A stretch of DNA of 64,000 nucleotides from an uncultured cyanobacterium (GTDB taxonomy: Bacteria > Cyanobacteriota > Cyanobacteriia > Phormidesmidales > Phormidesmidaceae). Under the pieces are notes generated by a model. That model was given only the letters and a program-made list of their open reading frames with translations. It was not told the DNA's origin and made no database searches. The position numbers and the translations under genes are program-made. The stretch lies in contig CAWBZI010000006.1 in the NCBI GenBank assembly GCA_963793265.1, positions 832,001-896,000 on the forward strand. The letters are read 5' to 3'. Positions 1 to 10,123 of this stretch are shown one piece after another (positions within the stretch are counted from its first letter, which is position 1; the number at the start of each line of letters is the position of its first letter).

Positions 1-159
1 AAGTCAGCAGTCGTGTGGCATAGAACCAAATGCATAAAATCTGAAGCCATAGAATTGGAGATATCAGCGGCAGGTTTTTAGTAAAAGTCTTTTGGCAAGG
101 GCACTGATTTTTGATAGCGTACATATAAGTGTTGTAAGCGTTTTGAGAGTACGAAGATC

Positions 160-348
160 ATGTCTGTAATTTTTCAGCTAACCCTGTTTGTTTTAGTGCT
201 TTGGTCCTTCGTTATGATCATAGGCGTTCCGGTCGCCTACGCCTCACCTAGCAACTGGGAACAGTCTAAGCGTTTGATTTTCTTAGGCTCAATCGTTTGG
301 GGCGTGCTGGTCGTGCTGGTCGGTGGACTCAACTATTTAGTTGTATAG
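160..348 (+). CDS. psbZ: Photosystem II reaction centre protein Z
   Basis: 62 aa, two TM helices, [10 protein letters not shown] motif; psbZ-ribH order is typical of cyanobacteria. Confidence 0.95.
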   Translation: MSVIFQLTLFVLVLWSFVMIIGVPVAYASPSNWEQSKRLIFLGSIVWGVLVVLVGGLNYLVV

Positions 349-433
349 TCCAAGCCGATAGACTTCAGTCGAACCTAAGCGCACTTAGCGTTCAGAATCT
401 TGTTCAATTTCCATCCTCATTACGTAAGTCTTT

Positions 434-988
434 ATGGCAGTTTTCGAAGGCAATTTTACTCAAACAGGCTCCATGAAGTTTGCCTTCGTGATCGGCAGGT
501 TCAACGACTTGGTGACCACTAAGCTGCTCGAAGGCGCTCAGGATTGTCTTAAGCGCCATGGAATAGACGTCAATCCTCACGGCACTCAGGTTGACTACTT
601 TTGGGTGCCCGGTAGCTTTGAGGTGCCTACAGTCGCAAGACAAGCGGCTTTGAGCGGGCGTTACAGTGCCATTATTTGCCTGGGGGCTGTGATTCGGGGC
701 CAAACGCCGCACTTTGACTATGTGGCCGGAGAGGTTGCTAAAGGCATCGCAGCGGCTAGTTTTCAGACGGGCGTGCCGGTTGTATTCGGCGTGCTGACGA
801 CCGATTCTATGCAGCAGGCACTTGAGAGAGCGGGTATCAAGAGCAACCTGGGTTGGAACTACGCAATGAGTGCACTAGAAATGGCGAGCCTGATGCCTCA
901 GGTTCTTAGCGGTGAGGTAGCGAATGCAAGCAATGGGATTGCGGGCAATCAATCGCCCATGCTAACGATGTCAGCCGAGCCTGTCTAG
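434..988 (+). CDS. ribH: 6,7-dimethyl-8-ribityllumazine synthase
   Basis: [29 protein letters not shown] motifs. Confidence 0.97.
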   Translation: MAVFEGNFTQTGSMKFAFVIGRFNDLVTTKLLEGAQDCLKRHGIDVNPHGTQVDYFWVPGSFEVPTVARQAALSGRYSAIICLGAVIRGQTPHFDYVAGEVAKGIAAASFQTGVPVVFGVLTTDSMQQALERAGIKSNLGWNYAMSALEMASLMPQVLSGEVANASNGIAGNQSPMLTMSAEPV

Positions 989-1042
989 CCCTACTGGTTT
1001 AGCTCTGTCGATTTACGCTCAAAAAATTATCTTTGAGGGCTA

Positions 1043-1071
1043 TTGACAAACCCTTGTTAATTTGCGACAGT
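1043..1071 (+). promoter_or_regulatory. Putative sigma70-type promoter of tRNA-Gly
   Basis: TTGACA (1043-1048), 17-nt spacer ending in TGC, then GACAGT (1066-1071), about 20 nt before the tRNA. Confidence 0.5.
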
Positions 1072-1092
1072 GATTGAACGTCAAAAAGACAC

Positions 1093-1164
1093 GCGGATGT
1101 AGCTCAGTGGTAGAGCGCGACCTTGCCAAGGTCGATGTCGAGAGTTCGAATCTCTTCATCCGCT
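1093..1164 (+). tRNA. tRNA-Gly (GCC)
   Basis: Acceptor stem GCGGATG/CATCCGC, D-arm AGCTCAGTGGTAGAGC, anticodon arm CGACC-TT-GCC-AA-GGTCG, T-loop GTTCGAATC; CCA not encoded. Confidence 0.97.
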
Positions 1165-1249
1165 TTTTAGGTTTAAGTATTTGGAAGTCTCATCTTCTAA
1201 ACAGTAAGCACTTATAAAACAAGCTAATAAAGCAAGCTATTTTTTTAAA

Positions 1250-1288
1250 GACGCTAATGCCTTAAGCAATACATGGGCATTAGCGTTT
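1250..1288 (+). terminator. Hairpin, probable terminator after the tRNA
   Basis: ACGCTAATGCC / GGCATTAGCGT inverted repeat followed by a T-rich tract. Confidence 0.55.
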
Positions 1289-1310
1289 ACTTATTTTAAA
1301 GTGGGGGTAG

Positions 1311-1724
1311 ATGCTGGTGGAACGACCCGTGCACTCAAAAGAAAAACAGACGCTGGATTTTGATCAGACATATCCCTGTCCGGCTTGCCGTCATGGTGTG
1401 CTGGTGCCAATTACCTTGACTGAGGCTTGGGGGTGTGATCGCTGTAAGCAAATCTTTGAGCAAAGAGAGGAACCCAATACCGTTGGCAAGCTAGCAACCC
1501 CTTACCACCGGCAGCGTACCTGGCGATGGAACGGTAAGCAGTGGGTTATGGGCCGTAAATTTGTCAAGCCCAAAGCCATCAACGCAGTGACTATTGGGGC
1601 GCTCTCGGTTGTGCTGATTTGGTTTGTAGTAAGCCGAATCACGACATCAAGCGCTTTAATATTAGGAATACTCGCATTAATACTGCTTTTAGTTGTAATG
1701 TTTTGGGTGTTGCGGCAGCGCTAG
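1311..1724 (+). CDS. Hypothetical zinc-ribbon membrane protein
   Basis: CPACRHG...CDRC (two CxxC) plus two C-terminal TM helices; ends 4 nt before the proA-like gene. Confidence 0.75.
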   Translation: MLVERPVHSKEKQTLDFDQTYPCPACRHGVLVPITLTEAWGCDRCKQIFEQREEPNTVGKLATPYHRQRTWRWNGKQWVMGRKFVKPKAINAVTIGALSVVLIWFVVSRITTSSALILGILALILLLVVMFWVLRQR

Positions 1725-1728
1725 ATGA

Positions 1729-2985
1729 ATGGCCCTATCTTCGTTTGATCTTACAGCGGCACTTGCGGATGTCCGTAAAGCGACCGAGCAGCTTAGTACG
1801 GCCGATTGCTCGGCTGATTTATGCTCCAAGGCGCTAGCCGCCATGGGCAAAACGATTGCTGAGCACCAAGACGACATTTTAGAAGCGAATACGCTGGATC
1901 TTGAAATTAGTCGGGATATGGCGGTACCTGAGCTGGTAGTTGACTGGCTAAAGCTGACGCCTGAGCGAGTGCAGACAGCCGCGAGTATTTTTCAAAGGCT
2001 GGCGTTAATGGGCGCAACGCTGCCATCATCTAGTCGCGAAGATGGCACTAATGCTTACTACCGCACCTGCCCGGTTGGGGTGGTGGGGTTTATCTATGAG
2101 GCATTTCCTGATTTGGGTGCGATCGCTGCTGCCCTCTCTATTCGCACTGGCAACGCGTTGGTTCTCAAAGGCGGCAGCGAGGCTAGCCACACCAATCAAG
2201 TCATTGCGGGCCTGCTACAAGACGCTTTAGCGCAAAGCGGCCTACCGAGCGCGCTCATATTTCCGATTGCATCTACCGCAGAAGTCTCGCGAGTAGAATT
2301 TTCTCAGTGCTCAGGCATAGATTTGATTATCCCTCACGGTCGGCCTAGCCTAGTCGAACAAGTCGTAAAGCACTCTAGCGTGCCTGTCATCCCTTCTAGG
2401 ATGGGGAATTGCTATTTGTATTGGTCAGCAAGCGGTAGCTTAGAGCAGGTTTACCAGATGATTGCCGAAAGTCATTTGGGCACGCCTGATGCGGTTAATC
2501 GAATCGAAAAGATATTACTGCACGAGTCTCACAGCGAAAACTCAGTGACACGGCTATGGAATCGACTGCTAGAAAACAAGTTCAAAGTGAAAGCAGACGA
2601 ATCTATCATCCGCTGGCAAAGTTCGACCCATACGCCAGATACCGCCTTAGAAACAGTAGCCACCAATGAGTGGGATACCGCTTACTTACAAAGGACAGTC
2701 GCCTTTCGGCAGGTTAAAAACAGTGCTGCCGCCATTCGCTGGATTAATACGCACAGTAGCGGTCATGCCGATAGCATCGTGACTACTGACTATACCGAAA
2801 GTCGAAAGTTCATTAGCCGCTGTCGAAGCGCTTCCGTGTACATCAACGCGTCACCACGATTTGTTCGCAATGCTAAGCAAACTGAAGAGATCTCGATAGG
2901 AGCCTCAGACTATAAAGATGCTGGCGGTGGGCTAATTGGGATGTCGGTGATGCAGGCGCGTCAGCGTATATTTCATAGCTGCTAA
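1729..2985 (+). CDS. proA: Gamma-glutamyl phosphate reductase-like protein (degenerate ProA paralogue)
   Basis: GNALVLKGGSEA, DLIIPHG, HSSGHADSIVT, VYINASPRF motifs; catalytic Cys position reads DAVNRIEK. Confidence 0.8.
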   Translation: MALSSFDLTAALADVRKATEQLSTADCSADLCSKALAAMGKTIAEHQDDILEANTLDLEISRDMAVPELVVDWLKLTPERVQTAASIFQRLALMGATLPSSSREDGTNAYYRTCPVGVVGFIYEAFPDLGAIAAALSIRTGNALVLKGGSEASHTNQVIAGLLQDALAQSGLPSALIFPIASTAEVSRVEFSQCSGIDLIIPHGRPSLVEQVVKHSSVPVIPSRMGNCYLYWSASGSLEQVYQMIAESHLGTPDAVNRIEKILLHESHSENSVTRLWNRLLENKFKVKADESIIRWQSSTHTPDTALETVATNEWDTAYLQRTVAFRQVKNSAAAIRWINTHSSGHADSIVTTDYTESRKFISRCRSASVYINASPRFVRNAKQTEEISIGASDYKDAGGGLIGMSVMQARQRIFHSC

Positions 2986-3038
2986 GGGCCGTGATTGATG
3001 TGCTTTTGTAATCACTAGCTGCAACCATTGAATTTTAG

Positions 3039-3086
3039 TCAAACAAAAAAGCCCTGCTATTTTATCGGCAGGGCTTTTTTGTTTGA
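3039..3086. terminator. Bidirectional intrinsic terminator between proA-like gene and desC
   Basis: TCAAACAAAAAAGCCCTGC / GCAGGGCTTTTTTGTTTGA perfect inverted repeat between convergent genes. Confidence 0.85.
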
Positions 3087-3106
3087 TTGCTCATGGAAGC
3101 TTCGGA

Positions 3107-3940
3107 CTAAAGCGCCTGGCTGGGTCGCTGCGCTTTAGCTAGCTTAACTTTGTCTGCTAGGCCCAAGGCTTGAAGCGTCCGAATAATCATCCAGGTAACG
3201 TCGATCTCCCACCATTGGAGGCCGTGGCGAGCTGAGTACTGATAAGCATGGTGGTTGTTGTGCCAGCCTTCACCAAACGTACAGAGGGCTACCCACCAGC
3301 AGTTGGTGGAATGATCGCCTGACTCGTAAGTGCGATAGCCAAACTTGTGAGTGGCGCTGTTGACGAACCAGGTAAAGTGGTAAACCACAACCAGGCGAAC
3401 GAAAATGCCCCACACAACGAAAGACCAGCCGCCAAGCGCATAGAGCACTGCGCCCAAAGCAAACTGAAGCAGCAAGAAGTAATCATCGACGAAGTTGTAA
3501 ACCGGGTCTTCGTTGATGTCTTGAGTGAACTTACGAATTTCAGACTTTGCAGGCACATCATGCAGCAGCCAGCCCATGTGGCTCCACCAAAACCCACGGC
3601 GGGAATTGTGGTGATCTTCTTTTTGATCGGAGAAGGCGTGGTGATGGCGGTGCAGTCCAATCCATTCGATTGCGCCACTCTGGCAAGAGAGAGCGCCACA
3701 GATAAGGAAGAAGTACTCTAGCCACTGCGGCACTCTAAAGCTGCGGTGAGAAATGAGCCGGTGCCAGCCCAATGTAATTCCTAGACAGCCTGTGATCCAG
3801 TAGAGTATGAAAGCTGCACCCACGGCCCCCCAACTAAAGTTAGCGGGCACCAGCGCGAACAACGCCCCGATATGAATGGCCACCATAAATAGGATGATGG
3901 GCCAGTTGAGCGGACGGTCAGATGATTTTGCAATAGTCAT
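3107..3940 (-). CDS. desC: Acyl-lipid delta-9 desaturase
   Basis: His boxes HRLISH, HRHHH, HNNHH; GEGWHNNHH. Confidence 0.93.
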   Translation of the reverse strand: MTIAKSSDRPLNWPIILFMVAIHIGALFALVPANFSWGAVGAAFILYWITGCLGITLGWHRLISHRSFRVPQWLEYFFLICGALSCQSGAIEWIGLHRHHHAFSDQKEDHHNSRRGFWWSHMGWLLHDVPAKSEIRKFTQDINEDPVYNFVDDYFLLLQFALGAVLYALGGWSFVVWGIFVRLVVVYHFTWFVNSATHKFGYRTYESGDHSTNCWWVALCTFGEGWHNNHHAYQYSARHGLQWWEIDVTWMIIRTLQALGLADKVKLAKAQRPSQAL

Positions 3941-4058
3941 TTAAAGTTTCAGCACAAAATGTTTGGGCTTGTGATCGGATGAATCGCTTACGAATCGCTG
4001 AAACGCGAGACGGGATGAGAGCGAAACTAAAAGACATTACAGTTTAAAAGGAACAACC

Positions 4059-5279
4059 GTGTCAGCGCAATTAGAGTCTTCATCACTCCAAATTTTTTAT
4101 CAGATTGACACGCAGGTCAAAAAAAACTTGGCTAAGGTTCTAGCAGCGTTTAGAGCCTACCGGGTAGGGACTCACCATTTTGCCAGCGTATCTGGCTATG
4201 GACATGATGATTTGGGCAGAGAAGTACTCGATAAAGTATTTGCCCAAATCGTTGAGGCCGAGGCCGCTGCTGTCAGGATTCAGTTTGTCTCGGGCACTCA
4301 TGCGATCGCTTGCGCGTTGTATGGCGTGCTCAGACCCGGTGATGAAATGCTAGCGATAGCAGGCCCTCCATACGACACCCTCGAAGAGGTGATCGGCACC
4401 CGAGGAAACGGGCAGGGATCGCTCAAAGAGTTTGGCGTTCACTATCGAGAGCTGCCGCTTACGCAAGAAGGTAACGTAAATTTTGACGAGCTGGCCAGTT
4501 CTATAAGTAAAAAAACTAAGCTTGTCTTAATTCAGCGATCCTGCGGATATAGCTGGCGTTCTAGCCTCAGCATTCATAATATTAACAAAATTATACAATT
4601 AGTTAAGCAACAAAACCCAAATACAATATGTTTTGTTGATAATTGCTACGGAGAATTTACCGAGGAGCGAGAGCCTACGGCGGTTGGAGCCGATTTGATG
4701 GCGGGTTCACTGATCAAAAACCCAGGTGGCACGATTGTAACGACCGGGGGATACGTAGCCGGACGAGCGGATCTAGTCGAGGCTGCCGCCTGTCGGCTTA
4801 CAGCTCCGGGGATTGGCAGTAGCGGTGGGGCGACGCTAGATCAGAGTCGGCTGATGTTTCAGGGGCTTTTTTTGGCACCGCAAATGGTCGGGGAGGCCAT
4901 GAAGGGCAACTATCTATCGGCACTGACGTTCGAGCAGCTTGGGTATGAGGTGAATCCACCAAGTTCAGTGGTACAGCGCGAGGTGATTGGGGCTATTAAG
5001 CTGGGCTCCGCTGAGAAGCTGATTGCATTTTGTCAGGCGGTGCAAAAGCATTCGCCGGTAGAGTCTTATGTGAGCCCGATACCAGCGGCAATGCCAGGAT
5101 ATGACTCCGAGCTTGTGATGGCGGGGGGATCTTTTATTGACGGGAGCACTTCGGAGCTATCGGCAGACGGGCCTTTGCGGGAGCCCTATGTGGTGTATTG
5201 CCAGGGGGGAACGCACTGGACGCATATGGCGATCGCACTCGAAGCCGCCGCTGCTGCTATCGGCCACAACAAGTCTTAA
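4059..5279 (+). CDS. PLP-dependent methionine gamma-lyase family / aluminium-resistance (YnbB-like) protein
   Basis: FVSGTHAI, QRSCGY, VDNCYGEF, GSLIKNPGG motifs. Confidence 0.88.
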   Translation: MSAQLESSSLQIFYQIDTQVKKNLAKVLAAFRAYRVGTHHFASVSGYGHDDLGREVLDKVFAQIVEAEAAAVRIQFVSGTHAIACALYGVLRPGDEMLAIAGPPYDTLEEVIGTRGNGQGSLKEFGVHYRELPLTQEGNVNFDELASSISKKTKLVLIQRSCGYSWRSSLSIHNINKIIQLVKQQNPNTICFVDNCYGEFTEEREPTAVGADLMAGSLIKNPGGTIVTTGGYVAGRADLVEAAACRLTAPGIGSSGGATLDQSRLMFQGLFLAPQMVGEAMKGNYLSALTFEQLGYEVNPPSSVVQREVIGAIKLGSAEKLIAFCQAVQKHSPVESYVSPIPAAMPGYDSELVMAGGSFIDGSTSELSADGPLREPYVVYCQGGTHWTHMAIALEAAAAAIGHNKS

Positions 5280-5378
5280 GCTCAAACAAACCCTAGAAGG
5301 AAGTAGTCAGGCAAAACAATAGGGAGATCTGCGCTTTGGCAAACCTCCCTATAAAGTGATGCATTTAGACTAAATTTC

Positions 5379-5552
5379 TCAAGCAGCTTCCGATGAAGGT
5401 ATTGAGAAGTTCAGTGCAATATATTCTGGGCGACAGGCAAAGATTGTTTGGCCGTCTACCCGCATCAATGAAACACTAACTGGACTGGCCTCAAGAATTC
5501 TGTAGTAATACCCTTCGTGAGACTTTAGGATTTCGCCTGCTCTAATGTTCAT
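5379..5552 (-). CDS. Small hypothetical protein (57 aa), not in the ORF track
   Basis: Hand translation MNIRAGEILKSHEGYYYRILEASPVSVSLMRVDGQTIFACRPEYIALNFSIPSSEAA; fills an otherwise empty 520-nt gap. Confidence 0.55.
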   Translation of the reverse strand: MNIRAGEILKSHEGYYYRILEASPVSVSLMRVDGQTIFACRPEYIALNFSIPSSEAA

Positions 5553-5802
5553 TTTGATGCACCGCGCAGTTGCTTTTCAAAACAGTGACGTTTCAGGAGT
5601 GTTTCAGGAACCCCACGTAATATATATACGGAGATACACACGCATTGGATGTGATCTGACTCACCCATAAAGCCTGCGTGTTAGATTTAATACTTTCTTT
5701 ATTATTTGGGTATGGGTGAGCAAATAGCGTCAAATGCATACACTGACTATCTATTAGGCGTATGATTGGTAGCATCTGCTCGCTTCATCTGAACTTCAAA
5801 GT

Positions 5803-6459
5803 TTGTCCAAAATTATGATTACGGTTGCTCTACCAAAAGGTTCACTTCTCAAAGAGAGCATTTGCTTATTAAAGTCCGTTGGACTAAATTTTGAAGGCTT
5901 TTTAGAGAGCGGTAACCGGCAGCTACAAATTACAGACAGTAGCGGTCAGGCTAAAGGATTGCTAGTGAGAGCAAAAGACGTGCCTGTCTATGTGGAATAC
6001 GGTCAGGCGCAGCTAGGGATTGTTGGCTATGACGTTTTACGTGAGAAAAAGCCTAAAGTAGCGCATTTAGCCGACCTAGAGTTTGGCGGCTGTCGGCTGT
6101 CGGTAGCTGTCGCCAAAAGCAGTGGCTATCAGTCGGCGTTAGATCTGCCGCCGCACTGCCGGGTAGCGTCTACTTCCGTCAATAGTGCTCGTGAGTTTTT
6201 TCAGTCTATTGATTTGGCGGTGGAGATTGTGCCCTTGTCAGGATCGGTTGAGCTGGGGCCAATTACGGGAATGTCGGAGGCCATTGTCGATTTGGTTTCG
6301 ACGGGCACTACGCTTAAGCAAAATAATTTGGTTGAGCTAGATGTGCTCTATCACAGCACCGCTCGACTGATTGCGCATCCACTGAGCTATCGCATTAATA
6401 ACGATGGACTTGATGACATCGTTGAACGGCTGCGGGTGTCGGCTGAGATAACGCGTTAG
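5803..6459 (+). CDS. hisG: ATP phosphoribosyltransferase, short form
   Basis: [31 protein letters not shown]; start may be the Met at 5815. Confidence 0.95.
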   Translation: MSKIMITVALPKGSLLKESICLLKSVGLNFEGFLESGNRQLQITDSSGQAKGLLVRAKDVPVYVEYGQAQLGIVGYDVLREKKPKVAHLADLEFGGCRLSVAVAKSSGYQSALDLPPHCRVASTSVNSAREFFQSIDLAVEIVPLSGSVELGPITGMSEAIVDLVSTGTTLKQNNLVELDVLYHSTARLIAHPLSYRINNDGLDDIVERLRVSAEITR

Positions 6460-6500
6460 AGTATATAACTCTTGAGTTAAAGATTAGGTATGTCGGTGTA

Positions 6501-8360
6501 ATGGTGTCAGCTTCTTCGAGTCAACCGCCTGCTGAAAACCCGGATAAGAAACGGAGTGCTAAGGGCGATTGGCGACTGTTTTTGAGGTTAGCGCCTTATA
6601 TTAAGCGGAATCGCAAACAGCTAATCTTACCACTGACTTTATTGGTGCCGCTGTCTTTGGCCCAAGCGCTGCAGCCGGTTTTAATTGGCCAGGCGATTTC
6701 GCTGATTAAGCAGGAAAATGCAAGCTGGGATATTTTTGCATCCATGAGCCTGCGGGCAGGTCTGAACTGGATTATCGGTGGGCTTTTGTTGGCGATCGCA
6801 ACCCGTTTAGCTTTAGATGGCTGGCAGAGCTACCAAATTCAAAAAGTCGGACAGAGCATCACCGCCGACGTGCGCAAAGATCTCTTCAAGCACGTTACCG
6901 ATCTATCGATGGGCTTTTTTGATCGAACGCCAGTTGGCAGGCTTATCACCCGGCTCACTAGCGACGTGGATGCCCTCGGTGACGTGTTCGCGACAGGGGC
7001 TATTGGCATCATCAGCGACCTGTTTTTGATTTTGGTGCTGATGGGCACGATGCTTCAGCAGGAATGGCGGCTAGGACTCATGCTGATTGCAATGCTGCTG
7101 CCGGTCACAGCGCTGATTATTTATTTTCAGCAGCAGTATCGCAAAGCCAACTACATCGCTCGCGAAGAACTTTCGACCCTTAACTCTAATTTGCAGGAAA
7201 ACATCAGCGGCATCAATGTAGTGCAGCTCTTTCGTCGCGAGCAGTTTAATGCAGAGCTGTTTCGGACGGTTAATAATCGCTATGTCAGCGCGTTGGACAA
7301 AACGATTTTCTATGATTCGGCTGTGTCTGCGACGTTGGAGTGGATTGCTTTGGTGGCGATCGCAGGCGTTTTAGCCTTAGGCGGCACCCTCGTCACAGGC
7401 GGTCTGATGGAAATCGGCACCCTCACAGCCTTTATCCTCTTTGCCCAGAAGCTATTCGATCCGCTACGTCAGTTTGCCGACAAGTTCACCGCTATTCAGG
7501 CCGGGCTAACGGCAGTTGAGCGCCTGAACGATTTATTAAGTGAGCCCGTGACCATTCGCGATGCCAAAAATACGGTCGCGCTGCCCTCTAATACGCTAGC
7601 TGATAATGAAACCGTTGTACCCGGCGAAATTCGTTTCAAGAACGTATCTTTTAGCTACAAAGCAGATGCCGATAAAGCGGAATACGTTCTTAACAATCTA
7701 GATTTTACAATTCGACCCGGCGAAAAAGTTGCCCTGGTTGGCCCAACAGGCGCAGGGAAAAGCTCGATTATTCGGCTGCTGTGTCGCCTGTATGAAGTGA
7801 GCGAGGGGCAGATCTTGCTCGACAACGTGGATATTCGGGATATTGCTCAGCAGGATTTGCGCGATCGCATTGCCATCATTCTCCAAGACGGCTTTCTCTT
7901 CTCAGGCGACGTTACCCGCAACATCACGCTTGGCGAAGACTACAGCTTTGAGAAAGTTCAGAAAGCCGCCGAGCAAACCAACGTTGCGAAGTTTATAGAA
8001 CAGCTTCCACAGGGCTACGAAACCGTCCTACGCGAACGTGGGACTAACCTTTCAGGCGGCGAAAAGCAGCTCCTTGCCTTTGCCCGTGCCGCCATTCGCA
8101 ACCCTGGCATTTTGGTATTAGACGAAGCCACCGCAAACCTAGACGTAGGTACCGAAGCGATGATTCAGCAGGCGCTTGATAAGCTGCTCGAAAATCGCAC
8201 GGCCATTATCATCGCCCACCGCCTCTCGACCATTCGCGATGTGGATCGAATTTTAGTGCTTAAGCAGGGGCAGTTAATTGAGCAGGGATCTCATGATGAG
8301 CTGCTAGAAAAAGACGGCCTCTATGCAAGTTTGTACAAGCTACAAATGCTTGGTCAATAA
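6501..8360 (+). CDS. ABC exporter, fused permease and ATPase (MdlB-like)
   Basis: N-terminal TM domain, GPTGAGKS, LSGGEKQ, LVLDEAT, IAHRL. Confidence 0.92.
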   Translation: MVSASSSQPPAENPDKKRSAKGDWRLFLRLAPYIKRNRKQLILPLTLLVPLSLAQALQPVLIGQAISLIKQENASWDIFASMSLRAGLNWIIGGLLLAIATRLALDGWQSYQIQKVGQSITADVRKDLFKHVTDLSMGFFDRTPVGRLITRLTSDVDALGDVFATGAIGIISDLFLILVLMGTMLQQEWRLGLMLIAMLLPVTALIIYFQQQYRKANYIAREELSTLNSNLQENISGINVVQLFRREQFNAELFRTVNNRYVSALDKTIFYDSAVSATLEWIALVAIAGVLALGGTLVTGGLMEIGTLTAFILFAQKLFDPLRQFADKFTAIQAGLTAVERLNDLLSEPVTIRDAKNTVALPSNTLADNETVVPGEIRFKNVSFSYKADADKAEYVLNNLDFTIRPGEKVALVGPTGAGKSSIIRLLCRLYEVSEGQILLDNVDIRDIAQQDLRDRIAIILQDGFLFSGDVTRNITLGEDYSFEKVQKAAEQTNVAKFIEQLPQGYETVLRERGTNLSGGEKQLLAFARAAIRNPGILVLDEATANLDVGTEAMIQQALDKLLENRTAIIIAHRLSTIRDVDRILVLKQGQLIEQGSHDELLEKDGLYASLYKLQMLGQ

Positions 8361-8428
8361 GCTTATTGACAGATCAAGTTTGGTAACGCGCTTTGGTTTA
8401 ATAGAAGTGATTATCTAAAGATGAGGGC

Positions 8429-9508
8429 GTGGCCTTGGTTAGTACGAAGCATATTGAGTTTGATGGGCCGCAGCTATTGCAGCAGTTGATTGAGAGGCGA
8501 TCGCTCACCCAGGCCCAGGCCGAGGCCCTGATGGACTGCTGGCTTACCGAAACCCTTTCACCTATCCTCTCTAGCGCCATCCTCATCGCCATTCAGGCTA
8601 AAGGCGTCACAGGCGACGAACTCGCAGGGATGGCCCGAGTCCTTCAAGGCCAATCCCTCGGCGGTGCGGTCACTGATATTCTCGATCTGCCGCCTAATCG
8701 CATCGACACTTGTGGTACAGGCGGTGATGGATCATCTACCTTCAACATTTCTACCGCCGTCGCTTTTGTTGCCGCCGCCGCTGGCATTCCCGTTGCCAAA
8801 CACGGCAACCGCTCAGCCTCTAGCAAAGTAGGCTCTGCCGACGTGCTTGAAGGACTAGGAATAGACCTATCAGCCTCGCCCGACAAATCCAAAGCCGCAC
8901 TCAAAGAAGTAGGCGTTACCTTTTTGTTTGCTCGCGGCTGGCATCCCGCGATGAAGGCCGTCGCTCCTTTACGCGGTGAGCTAAAAGTTCGCACCGTATT
9001 CAACTTGCTTGGCCCCCTAGTCAATCCGCTGCGGCCGACAGGACAGGTAATCGGCGTCTATAGTCCTGCTGTTATTGAGCCAATGGCAGTAGCGCTGAAG
9101 CAGTTAGGAATGAAGCAGGCGATGGTTCTTCACGGCAGAGAAACCTTAGACGAAGCGGGCTTAGGCAAACCAACCGACGTTTCTGTAGTCAACAATGGCA
9201 TAGTCACCAAAGAAGTCCTAAACCCTGAAGCCTTCAATCTCACTCCTGCGCCTTTATCGGCATTGAAGGGTGGCGAGTTAGAGGAGAACACAACGATTCT
9301 GCGTAACGTGCTTCAGGGCAAAGGCACCCAAGCTCAGCAAGACGCGGTTGCTTTGAATGCAGCTTTAGCGCTGAAAGTGGGCGGTTTAGCCGAGGGTGAT
9401 ACTTTTGAAGCGGCCTGTGCAGATGGCGTTAACAGAGCCCAAAATATTATCAGAAGTGGCGCAGCATGGGACAAGCTAGAGCAGCTAGTGGCTTTCCTAC
9501 AAAACTAA
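8429..9508 (+). CDS. trpD: Anthranilate phosphoribosyltransferase
   Basis: [30 protein letters not shown]. Confidence 0.96.
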   Translation: MALVSTKHIEFDGPQLLQQLIERRSLTQAQAEALMDCWLTETLSPILSSAILIAIQAKGVTGDELAGMARVLQGQSLGGAVTDILDLPPNRIDTCGTGGDGSSTFNISTAVAFVAAAAGIPVAKHGNRSASSKVGSADVLEGLGIDLSASPDKSKAALKEVGVTFLFARGWHPAMKAVAPLRGELKVRTVFNLLGPLVNPLRPTGQVIGVYSPAVIEPMAVALKQLGMKQAMVLHGRETLDEAGLGKPTDVSVVNNGIVTKEVLNPEAFNLTPAPLSALKGGELEENTTILRNVLQGKGTQAQQDAVALNAALALKVGGLAEGDTFEAACADGVNRAQNIIRSGAAWDKLEQLVAFLQN

Positions 9509-9533
9509 CGACTTACACTAGCAATAGATAGAA

Positions 9534-10112
9534 GTGGTACTGATAGCTATGGTTACTATTACAAAAGATCCTGTCGCTCAGAAATCTGATGCATTACGAC
9601 CCGATTCTTTAGAAGCTTGGTTAGAGAACCCACCAAAAGGAACCGAGTGGGTAGACGGTCAGTTAATTGAGAAGACAGGCATGACGCTGACACATAGTAA
9701 GGTACAAGGCAATCTGTATTACTTTTGGCGCTCGTATCAGGAGCAGCAAAAGTTGGATGGGCGAGCTTATACAGAAGTACCTTGCAAAACCAAGAAACAA
9801 GGTAGAAAGCCGGACGTGGCTTATCTCACTCAAGCGCTATTAGAACAGTATGGCGAACCTAATACTTTGCCGCGAAGCTTCCCTTTGATTGCAGAGATTG
9901 TGTCCCCGACAGACTACGCAGGGGACGTATATGACAAAGCCGATGAGTATTTAGACTCAGGCTGTGAAGAAGTTTGGCTAGTTTTCCCTGACAATCAAAG
10001 GGTCGTCGTGGTCACGGCTGAGAGTGAGCAAACTTTCAAATCTGGTGAAACAGTGAGAACCCAAGTGGTATTACCTGGATTCAGTATTTCAGTCGATAAT
10101 TTGCTGTCCTAA
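9534..10112 (+). CDS. Uma2 family endonuclease-like protein
   Basis: EWVDGQL, KPDVAY, EIVSP, K...Y..SG.EEVWLV. Confidence 0.88.
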   Translation: MVLIAMVTITKDPVAQKSDALRPDSLEAWLENPPKGTEWVDGQLIEKTGMTLTHSKVQGNLYYFWRSYQEQQKLDGRAYTEVPCKTKKQGRKPDVAYLTQALLEQYGEPNTLPRSFPLIAEIVSPTDYAGDVYDKADEYLDSGCEEVWLVFPDNQRVVVVTAESEQTFKSGETVRTQVVLPGFSISVDNLLS

Positions 10113-10123
10113 CACTTCTCAAA

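Noticed and set aside
1093..1310. tRNA-Gly as an integration site
   Set aside because: No duplicated tRNA 3' end or integrase seen in the window
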